Shown here piece by piece: positions 27,119 to 41,015 of a stretch of DNA of 64,000 bases (position 1 is its first letter; each line of letters opens with the position of its first letter). Origin of the DNA: Octopus bimaculoides. Its lineage: Eukaryota. The position numbers and the translations under genes are program-made. The notes beneath the pieces are model-generated. The model was not told the origin of the DNA. It searched no databases and was given only the letters and a program-made list of their open reading frames with translations. The stretch covers positions 65,349,991 through 65,413,990 of the forward strand of contig NC_068981.1 in assembly GCF_001194135.2 (NCBI RefSeq), written 5' to 3'.

Positions 27119-28085
27119 NNNNNNNNNNNNNNNNNNNNNNNNNNNNNNNNNNNNNNNNNNNNNNNNNNNNNNNNNNNNNNNNNNNNNNNNNNNNNNNNNN
27201 NNNNNNNNNNNNNNNNNNNNNNNNNNNNNNNNNNNNNNNNNNNNNNNNNNNNNNNNNNNNNNNNNNNNNNNNNNNNNNNNNNNNNNNNNNNNNNNNNNNN
27301 NNNNNNNNNNNNNNNNNNNNNNNNNNNNNNNNNNNNNNNNNNNNNNNNNNNNNNNNNNNNNNNNNNNNNNNNNNNNNNNNNNNNNNNNNNNNNNNNNNNN
27401 NNNNNNNNNNNNNNNNNNNNNNNNNNNNNNNNNNNNNNNNNNNNNNNNNNNNNNNNNNNNNNNNNNNNNNNNNNNNNNNNNNNNNNNNNNNNNNNNNNNN
27501 NNNNNNNNNNNNNNNNNNNNNNNNNNNNNNNNNNNNNNNNNNNNNNNNNNNNNNNNNNNNNNNNNNNNNNNNNNNNNNNNNNNNNNNNNNNNNNNNNNNN
27601 NNNNNNNNNNNNNNNNNNNNNNNNNNNNNNNNNNNNNNNNNNNNNNNNNNNNNNNNNNNNNNNNNNNNNNNNNNNNNNNNNNNNNNNNNNNNNNNNNNNN
27701 NNNNNNNNNNNNNNNNNNNNNNNNNNNNNNNNNNNNNNNNNNNNNNNNNNNNNNNNNNNNNNNNNNNNNNNNNNNNNNNNNNNNNNNNNNNNNNNNNNNN
27801 NNNNNNNNNNNNNNNNNNNNNNNNNNNNNNNNNNNNNNNNNNNNNNNNNNNNNNNNNNNNNNNNNNNNNNNNNNNNNNNNNNNNNNNNNNNNNNNNNNNN
27901 NNNNNNNNNNNNNNNNNNNNNNNNNNNNNNNNNNNNNNNNNNNNNNNNNNNNNNNNNNNNNNNNNNNNNNNNNNNNNNNNNNNNNNNNNNNNNNNNNNNN
28001 NNNNNNNNNNNNNNNNNNNNNNNNNNNNNNNNNNNNNNNNNNNNNNNNNNNNNNNNNNNNNNNNNNNNNNNNNNNNNNNNNNNNN

Positions 28086-28118
<33 letters not shown>

Positions 28119-28859
28119 AGTAGAAGTTAAAATAGCCTCATTAAGGGATAAAAATATCCAATGAATTACTGGTTCATTGTCTATTATTTTTATGAATAGT
28201 AATATTCATAAAATAATAGGTTTAAGTATAAATCTTGGTTTATAAATATTCAAATTAAAATTCAGAAAATGGAGATGTAGTGTTAATACAATTTATTAAC
28301 TGCAAAACTTCAACATGTTCTCTTACAGCTGTTTCGATTTTGCCCAAAGAATTAAATTCAGTAATTAAATCATTGAATTGGGCCAAATTTTGCCCAAAGA
28401 TATTGTAGAAAACATTTGCCAAGGTTTCTGAATTTCTCATATTCTACCTTCCAGAGCATCACCACCTTCTCTGCTATCTTTCCTACATGTACCACACTCT
28501 ATTATTTCATCTACTTCCTTATCTTCACTTAACCACCCCTAGTCTCTCTATTTTTGTTTTTCTTATATTTCTACTTCTTTACTCATTCTAGCTTCTTTTC
28601 CCTTATTACTTTTTCTTTCTCTCATTCTCTACATGTGTATCTGTTTCTATACATTTCTCACTCTGTGTCTCTCTCGCTCTTTGTATCTATATCTCTCCAT
28701 ATATGTTTCGTTTTCGCTTTCTTACTATCATTTTCTATCTCACTCTATTTCTTTCTCTCTTTTTCTGCCTCTTTTTCTATTCAAAATGTTCTCTATTAAA
28801 ACAATCCTTTTAAACTGTCATAATCTACTGACAGATAATATCTATACATGTCCTCCAAT

Positions 28860-29419
28860 AAAGAACTAATATTGCACACATACATGCACATGTACTCACA
28901 ATATACACGCATGAACACATACACTACCAGGTACACACACATGTGCATTGATATGCACCCGTACACACAGATATGTTTGCCAACAGACATACACACCCAG
29001 ACATGTTCACTAACATATACACTAATAGTTGTGCACAGACATACCAACACACATCTTCTCAGACACACAACATTTGTGCATGCACTGATATGCACACACA
29101 CACATGCAAACACATTCACACAAACCATCTGCATGAAAGCATACACTCATAGATTTACACACATGCACAAACGCAACATCTATGAAAACGCACAAACATA
29201 TATGCAAATGATACATGAAAAGTAGTCACCTGTACACCCCACCTAAATCTATACAGTATATGCAAATGATATACATCAAGCACAATTGTAAGTACACACA
29301 TACACATGCATAAAGTCTGCACACAGATGCATATTATACAAGTACATGCACTTTTACGTATGTTCTCTCACACATGCACAACTCTATAGACGTATGTACA
29401 TATTCCTGTATTCAGATAT

Positions 29420-29463
<44 letters not shown>

Positions 29464-29465
29464 GC
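28860..29465. repeat. Cryptic (CA/TA)-rich simple-repeat field; many other (TA)n, (CA)n, (CT)n, (TAA)n, (GAAAT)n tracts occur throughout
   Basis: Directly visible low-complexity sequence, e.g. 5965-6008, 20810-20920, 37343-37416, 39186-39256. Confidence 0.9.
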
Positions 29466-30009
29466 ACAGTCTGTATTTAGAAGACAACTGGATGAAATCG
29501 TCAAGTGTAGACAATGTTTTACCTACATACTTTCACTATGTTGATATAATAATGAGCTATTTGTGCAGTTGAGACCGAAAAAAAAAAGAAAATGAATTAA
29601 ATCAAACATATCTACTTATGTATCATCATCATCATCATTATTATCATCATTGTCATAGCATTTGGACAGCTTTGTTTTTTTTTTCTTTTTTATTTCCGAC
29701 TGCAGTAATTTCTTTGCATTCTTCTCTACATAGATATTACTTGAAATGAAATGAAATGAAATGAAGCTACTTATTTGCTCTCTTTCTATCTCTCTCTCTC
29801 TCTAATGACAAGATACTTATTACTTTTGCTAAGATTTCTTTTTAATTTATATTTTGAGAGTACTTTTACCCCTCTCTATACTTTCTTCATTTTCATTCTT
29901 TTCTTCCCCATTTTTTATTCTTTGTTCTTCTTATTTGACATACTTATTGGATGTACTTCAAGATGTGATTAAGTGATTACAAAATAATAATAATAGTAAT
30001 AATAATAAT

Positions 30010-30345
30010 AATATCAAAAAGAAAGAGGACGAAAAACAAACAGATTACAATCCCTTAAAATTTGAAATAGGAAGAATTTGGAGTATGAGAACTGTCATGG
30101 TTGCGTCTATAATAATTGGTGCATTGGAATAGTAAGCAAAGATATAGACAAATGGCTGAAGGAGATTGGAATAGAATGCCCTGTAGAGCTCCTACAGAAA
30201 GTTTGTCTCTTAGGGACAGCAAGGATTATCAGGAGGGTTCTAAGCACTTGAAAGACTTCTGAAAACTTGTGGATACCTGAATTTATAGGTAGTAACCTGC
30301 TACCCACATAAGTCCAACCAGGAATATGATTGAACCTGTGTCAAA
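30010..30345 (+). mobile_element. R4/Dong-like non-LTR 3' fragment embedded in (TAA)n
   Basis: NIKKKEDEKQTDYNPLKFEIGRIWSMRTVMVASIIIGAL / VSKDIDKWLKEIGIECPVELLQKVCLLGTARIIRRVLST* (one frameshift); (TAA)n on both flanks. Confidence 0.85.
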
Positions 30346-30682
30346 CCAAATAATAATAAGGATAATAATGATAACAATAATTCTATTTAAAAAAAAGACC
30401 CTGTCTGTGAGTTTACCATTTAGACTGTACCTATATTAATTTATAGCTCAACTGATATCCTTTACACTAGATCCTTAAAAAGATTGTGAAACAGCAAGAA
30501 GAAATTTAAAATTATATTAGGAAACTACTGATGATGGAAATAGTAAAGAACATGTTTTGAGCTTTCCCAAATAATCATCCTCAGTGATATTGGAGTTAGA
30601 CAGAGCAACAAGGCTTTATTAAATATGAACCATCAAAGGAGATTTTTATGTGGTTACACTTAGCCTGTTATAGATTAAATGC

Positions 30683-30899
30683 CAGACCAAGGTGGAGAGC
30701 TGGTAATACTGTTAGTATGTCAGATGAAATGTTTGGCATTTTGCTCTTTTTATATTCTGAGTTCAAATTCAACCAAGGTTGATTTTGCCTTTCATCCTTT
30801 CAGGGTTGATCAAATAAGTACCAGTCAATACTGGGGGTCAATGTAATCAACTTCCTCTCCCCTCAAAAGCTGTTGGCCTTGTGTCAAAATTTTGAATCC
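30683..30899 (+). mobile_element. SINE family M copy
   Basis: Core GCCTTTCATCCTTTCAGGGTTGATC..AGTACCAG; TSD ATA(G/A)ATTAAATGC (30670-30682, 30900-30912). Confidence 0.8.
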
Positions 30900-31862
30900 A
30901 TAAATTAAATGCTAAACTCCACTCAAATAAAGCCCTACTGGCTTAAAAAAAAAAGCTCAGGTTGAGGTGGGTGGCTAGACAGACAAAAAAGGAGTTTTTT
31001 CAAACCAATGATGAATTCTTGTGAGCTAAAGAGGGAACCTGGACATAGTTGCATGATCTGCTAGAAATAGCAGCTTAATCTCACTCAAATGTCTCCCAAC
31101 AACTTTAAAAAAAAGAGGAAACATTGGATAGTGTTGATACATATATTATCTGAAATTAAGAGAAAAGAAAAGAGCAGGATAGTTGTGGCTGTTAACATAT
31201 TTGATTGAAGGTCTGCTTGGCCTAAACTAACCAAAGGGCTAAACAACAACTACAAAAAAAAAATAAATGAACAAAACAAAGACTGTTTTTGTAGCCAACA
31301 AGACTGTCTGTATATGAGTGCTTGGCCTGCTACAAATAACAGCTAAATCTCTCTCAAACCCCACCCTAGTATCTTTAAAAGGAAGAACACACTGGTTAGT
31401 GTAGTCTTAGATAAACTGTAAGAAGCTGGGATACCTCTGATTAGAAATCAGCTGCATCAAGCCTAGCTAGAAGCAAAAGCTATGATAGCAGCATTGATTT
31501 TGATGCTGTTGTTGTTTAAATCTATTATTTACATTCCTGTTTGCAGAGAGGAGAATTTTTTTAGCAATAATTCTTACAGTGGATAACCTTATTGGTAACC
31601 ATTCAAAAGTTAGGTTTTTTTTTCTTTTTTTCTTAAGTCAGTCTAGCCAACTAGAACAAGTAGAGTTCTATATCTTGTTCAAGGAGTGCAACACAACTGC
31701 AATAAGACCATATGGAACTTAAAACCTGATAATCAATTTTCCAGTATCTTAACTTTACAGGTACACTTAAATAGGCCTGTCTCTTGAAAACGTGCTGCTA
31801 TTACAGTTACAGAAGTATTAGTGAGAGATTGACACAATGTTCTATTTTCTTTGTTCAATCAG

Positions 31863-31937
31863 CATAGGAGCTTCTGCTGTCTTTCAGCCTGTTGTATCAG
31901 CAGCTGAGTTTCCTTTAACAATCTACCTGCTAACTAA

Positions 31938-31938
<1 letters not shown>
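31863..31938 (+). CDS. Internal coding exon A, unknown protein: IGASAVFQPVVSAAEFPLTIYLLTK
   Basis: Acceptor ttctattttctttgttcaatcag| and donor AAG|gtaaaa; only one frame open (phase 2 to 0). Joins exon B in frame (..LLTK-YWEHL..). Confidence 0.55.
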
Positions 31939-31976
<38 letters not shown>

Positions 31977-32034
31977 AAAAAAAACCTGAATCTAAATTTT
32001 CAATATGATCTTTTCTACAATAGGCTGAGGGTTA

Positions 32035-32230
32035 GATATTTTGCAGGAGGGAACTAGTTGATTACATTGACCTCAGTGCTAAACTGGTGCTTATTTTATT
32101 TGACCCCAAAAGAATGAAAGGTGAAATCAACCTTGGTAGAATTTGAACTCAGAACGTAAAGCCACAAAAAAAATAAGTGGTGTTAAGCATTTTGTCTAGT
32201 GTACTAAAGATTTCTGCGAGCTTGCCACTC
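32035..32230 (-). mobile_element. SINE family M copy, inverted relative to 30683-30899
   Basis: GACCCCAAAAGAATGAAAGG..AATTTGAACTCAGAACGTAAAG is the reverse complement of the family M core and head. Confidence 0.75.
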
Positions 32231-32579
32231 TAAATTCTTAATATGGCAAGTTTTGCATGGCCTGACTAACAAACAAGCCAACTATAGAGTTTGATGTAAG
32301 GTACTTAAATCTATAATAGTGTTCACAGTGTGGTCAGGAAATAGATTGAGTCATAGCATTTTTGGGAACCATGTCATATTTTCTAACAAAGATGACTGAT
32401 TGGTTTCAAATGTCATTGAAATATGACTAAAATCTCTCAGGGTTAAGGTCTAATTCCTTAGCCATTTAAATCTATAATACAATCATATTTTAAGGCAAAT
32501 GTATAACAAGTACAAAATGTACAGTGTTTGCTGTGAGGTAGCTGGGGCAGATGCTGTATAACAAGTGATCCTGAATATA

Positions 32580-32972
32580 GTGGTTGTGTGGTAAGAAACT
32601 TGCTTCCTAGTCATGTGGTTCTGGTATCAGTCCCACTGTGTTGCACCTTGGGCAAGTGTCTTCTATTGTCGCCTTCAACCTATAAAATCCTTGTGGATGG
32701 GTTTGATAGACAGAAACTGAAAGAGGCCCATCATATGTTATATAATATGTTTGTGTGTGTCTTTGTGTCTGTCCACCATCACTGCTTGACAACCAATGCT
32801 GGTGTTTACATCCTTGTAACTTAGCAGTTCAGCAAAAAGAGACCGATAGAGTAAGTACCAGGTTTAATAAAAAATAGGTACTGGGGTTGATTCATTTCAC
32901 TAGAAATTCTTTAAGATGGTGCCCCAGCATGGTTGTAGTCCAATGACTGAAACAAGTAAGAGATAAAAGATA
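32580..32972 (+). mobile_element. Older full-length SINE family A
   Basis: Head, (TG) linker, and body ending GACTGAAACAAGTAAGAGATAAAAGATAG; colinear with the 12052 copy. Confidence 0.85.
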
Positions 32973-33339
32973 GTAACAGCAGTATTTGCAGTTGGGATAA
33001 TTGCAGCCTTAAAGTACACTCTCTCATCAAAATGTTCTCAGCCAGCTCTTTATTTCAAAAGTTTACTAATGATAGTATGAGTGGAGGAAAGTGACAAAAA
33101 CCACTTCAAAAAATGTAGAATGAAGAGGCTAATCAAATCACTTTGTCACTCTGGCTACTGACCTACAATTGACACCTCAGTGAGGGGAAATTGTAGGTGT
33201 TTACTTGATCTCCTAAAAGTGGGAGCCAAATTATCCTCAAATTACACTCTACATTAGATAATGTTTTCTTGTAGAGGCCCCCACAAAAACAGGATGGTTA
33301 CAATTGAAATGTTTTTCATCATAGATTTGCTTAAGCAAG

Positions 33340-33620
33340 ATCATTGCCAGTGCCCTTAGACTGACTCTTGTGCGGGTGGCACATAAAATACACCATTTTG
33401 AGCGTGGCGGTTGCCAGTACCTGCCTGACTGGCCCTCGTGCCGGTGGCACGTAAAAGCACCCGCTACACTCTCAAAGTGGTTGGCGTTAGGAAGGACATC
33501 CAGCTGTAGAAACTGCCAAATCAGATTGGAGCCTGGTGTAGCCATCTGGTTCATCAGTCCTCAGTCAAATCGTCCAACCCATGCTAGCATGGAAAGCGGA
33601 TGTTAAACGATGATGATGAG
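33340..33620 (+). mobile_element. RTE 3' UTR fragment with two tandem units and (GAT/GAG)n tail
   Basis: Matches 14250-14527; ends AGCATGGAAAGCGGATGTTAAACGATGATGATGAGG. Confidence 0.85.
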
Positions 33621-33954
33621 GAGGAGGAGGACTGGCTTGAAACTAAATAGTGATCCTTTACTGCTTGGCAGACTCTCTAGCCTCCTGCCTTTTTTAAAAC
33701 TTCTTTTTCTTTCAGCCAAAGTGTCAGTCCCAAACTGTCACTATTCTCTTCTTCCTCTCTATCCTCAACAACAACAAACATATTCGGGTTTATGAAATTT
33801 TCTAAATATGATTATTAAGCTGATTTAAACCTCCCATTGTTCCCATCATTCCATTATACTATATGCTGCTTTGATTACTTTAGAATTTTTCATAATTAGA
33901 GCATGTTAAAAGTAAAATACTGAAGGAATGTGTGTACACATATATGCACATATG

Positions 33955-34494
33955 TAAGGCATAGCCATGACTGTGATTGAGAAATTCCCTTAGTAATCAT
34001 GTGGCCTTCAGTTCAGCCCCATTGTGTGGTGCCTTGGGTAGGTGTCATCTACAAAAGCTCCAGGCTAACCCAAGCCTTGTGACTAGATTTGGTAGACAGA
34101 AGCTTCAAGAAGCACATCGTGTGTGTGTGTGTGTTTGTATGTATATATACATACACACACACATATACATGGCCTAGTTGTTAGTGTCGCATTCACACAT
34201 GGTTTCAATTCCTAGACCGGGTGGTGCATTGTGTTCTTGAGCCAAACACTTATCTCACTTTGCTCTGCGATCACTTTGACACCTGATGCACAGTACATGG
34301 TGCACCTATTCAAGCAATGTTGATTTGATGGAGAAAGTGAGTTAACATGCAGCACAAACATTTGATCACTATAAACAAACCATTTGTGTAGGTCATTTGG
34401 CAATAGTTGAATGCTCATACATCGTCTTTGACATGAGTCCATCATATATATATATATATATATATATACGTGTGTGTGTGTGTATGTATGTATG

Positions 34495-34539
<45 letters not shown>

Positions 34540-34710
34540 GTGTGTGTGTGTATATATATATACAGTGAGGTTTGTTGACATTTCCCTGTCAACAAATCAT
34601 TAGGTAGCTCTGGGCTTTTGAAGATTGGTAGAATGAAAATTCCCTTACTTGAAAAACAGGTAAGGGCAAGTGACAGGAATGGGAATGCAGCAGCAAAACA
34701 TTGCATCAGT
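33955..34710 (+). mobile_element. Family A/RTE-tail composite SINE with a different SINE (family D, ~34165-34440) nested in its microsatellite linker
   Basis: Family A head at 33955-34140; second head GGCCTAGTTGTTAG..GGTTTCAATTCCTAGACCGGG; composite body resumes at ~34562 (..CTTGAAAAACAGGTAAGGG..GACAGGAATGGG). Confidence 0.65.
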
Positions 34711-34766
34711 AATGTGTTTTTGTTTAATATTTGTTCACTTTGGAAAAACGGTCATAAAATAAGTTA

Positions 34767-34803
<37 letters not shown>

Positions 34804-34959
34804 TATTATCTACCTGTCTTTATGCCTATCTGTATGTGCATATGTGGTCTTGTTCTGTCCTACTGTGCAGCATCTTGGGTAAGTCTTTTACAATAGCCTT
34901 GGGCTGACCAAAGCCTTGTGAGTGGATTTGATACATGGAAACTAAATGAAACCCATTGC

Positions 34960-35160
34960 ATCTCTCTCCCTCCCTCTCTCTGTTTCTCCCTCCCTCCCTC
35001 TCTCTGTTTCTCCCTCCCTCCNNNNNNNNNNNNNNNNNNNNNNNNNNNNNNNNNNNNNNNNNNNNNNNNNNNNNNNNNNNNNNNNNNNNNNNNNNNNNNN
35101 NNNNCCCTCCCTCTCTCTGTTTCTCCCCCCTCTCTCTGTTTCTCCCCCCCTCTCTCTCAC
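34960..35160. repeat. Polypyrimidine minisatellite (~24-bp CTCTCTCTGTTTCTCCCTCCCTCC), partly in a gap
   Basis: Unit visible on both sides of the N-run. Confidence 0.85.
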
Positions 35161-35178
35161 TCTCACACACACACACAC

Positions 35179-35326
35179 GCGCGGCACTTCTGATGCTATA
35201 TTTCTAGTAAGACAGCTGCAGGAGAAATTCCTAGCCAAAGATAAACCTCTGTACTTGGCTTTCATTGACATGGAGGAAGCCTTTGACAGGGTCCCCGATC
35301 CCTTATCAGGTGGTCAATGTGTAAAC
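35179..35326 (+). mobile_element. RTE reverse transcriptase fragment
   Basis: RGTSDAIFLVRQLQEKFLAKDKPLYLAFIDMEEAFDRVP is a typical RTE RT segment; flanked by (CA)n and (TA)n. Confidence 0.9.
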
Positions 35327-35378
<52 letters not shown>

Positions 35379-37239
35379 TGTATGTATATATATCTGCATG
35401 AATTAATCCTTTACGGCTACAGGCTACAATATGGCTTTGATATTTTGATTACATGGTGAATGTGGAGAAATATTTTGGAAGGGATCTTACACTGAAGTTT
35501 TGGTTAAAGGAGGAATCTTCACACACTTGCTACGGTTGCACCTGATACTTTTTGTTACTCATGCTTCAAGCTTTCTCTACCGAGAAAGTTCAATGAATGT
35601 CTTTCTCTGAATGTATTCCTTTTATGGGTTATTTCCTGGTGGTATGACCTAACAACACTACAGCTGCTTTTTGGCTGTCACTTTAATCTTTTGATGTTCT
35701 ACTTGATACTTTTAACATGAAGGGAGTCATTATGACTTCATCGTGTACACCTCATACACTCAGTCTGTCAGGGTAGCCACATTATGTATTTATTATTTAT
35801 CAAGAATGTGGCCTGCATATCCTGTCTCTGGTGAAAATAATATAAAATAGTTCAGGCATCTTGTTGGTGTTGCTTGTAGACATTGATGTCTTTAATGTAA
35901 TATCACAGTTATATTTTCAAAATTCTTTATTTATCTATGAGTTATTACTGGTAACAAAGGTAATTTCATAGTTGTCATGGCACAGTCAATTCTTTTCTCT
36001 CTACACAGAAACAAGTAGTTTTTATGCAGAATGTCATTTTAATTAGATTAAAATGATGGCATTCTCTGAAGAGTAGTTGAATCATTTTCTTATCAGTTTT
36101 CCAACTGACAATATGATATGAACCAGAATGATTGTAAACAACTTATCCATATTAAGTTGTCAGGAGAAACTCTGTAGTCTAGAGAAATATCTTCTCAACG
36201 TCACTGTCATAGTCAACCTTGCCATCTTCATCAACATTACTATCATCGTCGTCATCATCATCACTCAGCAACTCCCATCAACACAACCATCAGCATGCCA
36301 TACCACAGTGAAATCTAAAACTTGCTGAAAGATTGATTAAGAAGCCCAATATAAAAATGAGGAATAATTCTGTCATTATATGAAGATATATTCATTACCA
36401 TCAGAGCCATCCGTGGTTTCAAAAACCATGGAGAATTAAAATGTCTCTAACCTACTTGTTTGGAGTATTTTCAAATGATGACATTTTTTCAATGTTGTAA
36501 AAGCTGCTTCTATTACAATTACTTGACCTACTCAATGTAGCAATCCAAATTTACTTTTTCACATAAACACTTTTAAAATGAAGACTGCTTGTGTTTTAGT
36601 CCTGAATCAATTTTGTTATATCTACCTGGTTATACAGATAATTTGAGCAAGAGAGGGAGGCTGATCAAAAACTGAAATCAGGCCTAAACTGATGAGTTAG
36701 CTATTCAAATATTTGCAAACTGGGTCTATTGAATTACCTGTGTACTTTCTAAGCATTTGATCAGCTTACATACAGTCTGCAGAGTTGTTCAAGGGACTAT
36801 TACTCAAGAAGAGCAATAACTTTAAGGAGTGTGAGGCTCTTCAAAATGAATACTCTCTGCCCAACAAGAAACATCGGCTTATGTCAATCTCATAGTTATT
36901 TGAATGAAATGAAGATGATTCACCATCGTACAGCTTGTGAATTCAAACTCTGAGTACAGAATAAACATACATCCAAGGGCAAGCATAACCTTTTCCACAA
37001 ACAGTTCAAAGATCTTTCATTATAAACAGCAGGCCCTTAGCTGCTAAATATTGTAATTATTACATTTTTGCCAGCCAGCCAACTTTTTATTCTTTGGCAA
37101 ATTCATATGCATTTATTATCCTTTTAGGTACTACAATATCAATTTCAGTCCTTCCTAGCGTAAACCTAGAACTCATTAAACTAGGATTTCATGTGTTACT
37201 TTTTGTTGATTCTAAATATTTTATTACTACTGATGAGTG

Positions 37240-37340
37240 ATATTCTCACCCATCATTAATAGACTGTCTTTCACTATCTCTGGCCCACTCACTCACCACA
37301 TTGTCTCTTTCTCTAGTTTTAGAAGTGTAACATCCTTAAC

Positions 37341-37419
<79 letters not shown>

Positions 37420-37840
37420 TTCCACCCAAACCAAGATGACTATATGAGTAACTGAAGCAATCTTCTTAGGTTTGTCTTTTCTTGTTCTTTACTCAGCCCA
37501 AACCTCACCTCACAAGTGATTGACTATTTCACTCACTTTCCTGCTGTTGTGAGAAAGCAAAGAATGACTGCCTGAAACTCTGGGAGAAAGATTCTTCCCA
37601 CCATTTCCAACTCCATTTCCCCACTAAAGAATGCCTTTATGAACCACAAACCCAATAAGTTGTTCTGCCTTTTTAATTTTGTTCATCTGGACCTTCTTGT
37701 CTTTTCCCAGGAGCATTTCATCTAGCCCTACCTGTTACTTACAAATGAAAATGTCTATAAGTTACACATATATAGATAAAGCCACTCACTCAGTATTTTT
37801 GGCCTGCCTTTCTTCCAGTATCACACTACACATGCGTGTG

Positions 37841-37875
<35 letters not shown>

Positions 37876-38870
37876 GACAAATCACCACCTTCTCCATGTC
37901 ACTTATCTCACCAAAATGTGAGCAAGTTCTCTTTTTCCAACTAAACAATAAGACTGGACTTGGCAATGTTTTGTCAATTACTTTCAAACAAACATAAGTT
38001 TCCTTAGTGTTGTCAGAATCAATGAATACCCAGGGGTACTTTACCAGGCTTCAGTTTTTTTTTTTTGGAAAGCTTATAATTAGAAAGAAAGAAAAAACAA
38101 AGACATTCCTATAACACCTGTTTCCTAAAGATATAACACTTCAAACAATTCACTTCTTAACAACAATAGACATTCCTATGTGGCTGATATCACTCTTTAA
38201 TCGCCTTCTTCACACAGGCATCAGCCCCACACAACCTAAACATCTCGTGGTAGGCATTCACTGCTCTATTGTGAAAACATTTTCCAATGGGGACATGACA
38301 ACATAGTCACAACAGTACAATACAACCACTACACATATCAAATGAACAGACTCTTTTCATGAACACAACTTAAAACCTAAATTTGCTACGAAAACTAGTA
38401 ATCATTCTATCTAACCTTTCGAGGCAACCCCACTCATATATAACTGCTTCACAAAGACTAAGATTTTTGTACAGGACTTCAGCCCCCATCAATTGTTGAT
38501 ATCCTAAAATAGATCCACACTGGAGAACTGCTCACATAAATGAGAAACTACTACTGCTGCACAAACACTGATGTCAAAAGAAAGCCATTCAGCTGATTGA
38601 TAATGATTCATCCACCAGCATTCTTCAATCACTAGCTCACAGGTGTCTGGTATCCTCTCTCTGCCTCTTTTATTAGTGTTGTAATTGATTCTACTCTTCT
38701 GAACTAGATAACTGCACTGCATATTCCTTCTACTTAGCACTCCTCCTCCCATCACCTTCATTGATTTCCACTTCACAGACCCCTCCCTCCCCACTTTGTT
38801 AATTCCTTCTTTCCCAAGGACTGCAAACTTCAGGAATTCCCTTCCCAAGGAAACTCCTATCAATGAAGCA
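37240..38870 (+). mobile_element. Fragmented CR1/L2-like LINE relic
   Basis: 3' part reads KKAIQLIDNDSSTSILQSLAHRCLVSSLCLFY and NSFFP(R)T..NSLP-like; same family as 55300-55870. The 5' extent is uncertain. Confidence 0.55.
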
Positions 38871-39184
38871 AATATATGATTCCAGCTGTGTATGCATTAA
38901 TTAATGGTCTAATCCACAACATGGACAATTGCTTACAACCTTATTTGTTGTATCACATTGAATGCAAAATGAGGGAACTGCCAATACATAGTGCAACACA
39001 TGTAACATATATTGGTAGTGTTATTCTCTTTACTGTTTACTACAGTTATCTGTGGCCATGCTGGAATTACATTTATATCAGTATTTAGTCCGAAGCTCAT
39101 TTTATCAAGTGGCCGAGTTTACTTCAGTTACTTCCCTTTTGCAAAAAGTCACTTCCCTTTCGCAAACTTCTTAAGTACTGCAAA

Positions 39185-39267
<83 letters not shown>

Positions 39268-39874
39268 TACAAAGATGGCTTCTGCAGTTCCTATCTACTG
39301 ATTGGCTCGCAAGGTATTATTAAACCAGGGGTTATAGCAGAAGACACTTGCTTAAAATACTATACAGTGTGATCAAAGCCACAACCATGTGGCTGCAAAG
39401 TGAACTTCTTAACACCACAGCTGTATGCATTCACATCAAAGAACATCTGTATGAGAGCATTCCTCTGCTTAAAAATACATTTGTTTACTTGTCTTAACTG
39501 GAAGATCACCTGAAGAATTAGCCAATGAAAGTATGAAAGGAATGAGCTTTAGGTACCTTAAGCAGAAAATTAGCAGTCACCGAGCTGTGAAACTTTCATC
39601 AATTTATTGGTACTAACATGTTTACCACTTGGCACAGTGTTATGTTGTCTGTTATTACTTGTTTCCTGTTCTGTATTAAGAAATTCTTGTATTCCTGTGT
39701 TTCTTTGTTTTGGCTTTTATGCTAAGATATACCTTCCTATTTAACCGTCTTGATAATGACCTACCTGTGTGAGCTCACCTCTGGTTCTATGATACAAAAA
39801 ACTTCTGTTCACATTTAAATTAAACCTTTCTATAATAATTTTATGCAAGAAATTGCTATGTTCAAAACACCAGT

Positions 39875-39911
<37 letters not shown>

Positions 39912-41015
39912 GCTAATTATTTTACCTTCTTAATTTCCATTCCTTGGACGATTGTAGTAGCTTCCTGCTCAACCCCTCTATATTTCTGGAGAAAGAGAGA
40001 AAGTTGTGAATGTTTCTCCATAACTGTTTCACACAACACATCATAGTTGATTTAGAGAGAGGTGGGTAGTGAGAAGGGAATAAAAACAGCTGACCACACT
40101 ACTTGACTATTACTTTGACACCTGTTAGGATGAAAGGCCAAATTGACCTTAGCAGGATTTGGACTCAAATTGCTGAGGACTTGAATACCACCAGGAACTG
40201 TATCTGGCATTTTAACATTCTATCTGCCAGTTCAAAATCTTATTAAACCTTTGATTATTTCAAAATTGAATGAGATTGAAACGCAGTATGTTTTATCAGA
40301 AGTATGGTCAAGAAGAAGTTAATAACACTTCAAAATAATTAACATATTCTAATTTTAAAAAATAACATATTTGCAACCACAAAGTCTTCTATATTTGTTT
40401 CTTGGCATTTATTTTCTATTTGTATTCTTTACTCTAGTATAGCAAAACCCACATTGAAGTAAGCTTCAGTTTTAGTAGGTTAATTTCAAACTTGGTCAAC
40501 AAACAAGTATTAAAATAGGAATACTAGTAAAGAATTATTACTTGTGATATTTGATAGGTATGATTAATAGGTGAAAGAAAATTTGTAAATAATAATTATG
40601 TTGTCAATTTTCCAAGGAACCACCCTCCAGTACTTTGATATAAAACATCCTGTTACAAAGTGTTAAATATTTTATGTAACATTCATGAAATTTTTGTTAT
40701 GTTCTCAAACACCAGTTTTAATGTTGCAATTAGTGGTTATCCTAGAAGGAAGCCTGTACATAGTTGTTTGACCTAACAGAAATAGCAACCATATATCCAT
40801 TAAATTACATTCTACCATTCTTTAAAATAGAACTCGCTAGATAATGGGGTTCTAGGATACACTGCCCGAGAAAAGATGTGATTGTCAACTTAATATACTG
40901 TCAGTCTCAGCTCAACTTAGGCTGACTGGAGGCTAAGCAACAGCAAATTAATGAAAAGTTAGTTAGTTTATGAAATCCTCCAAATTTTTACTCTGCTAAT
41001 TAACTGAAAGATAAC

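Noticed and set aside
30525-30590. ACTGATGATG..CATCCTCAGT hairpin; minus strand CTGAGGA..TCAAAAC resembles a decayed Penelope hammerhead
   Set aside because: The GAAA core is not intact and the stems cannot be built; no PLE ORF nearby.
39495-39590. CTGAAGA...GAAAC hammerhead-like core
   Set aside because: About 70 nt separate the motifs and I found no stem II or stem I/III pairing.
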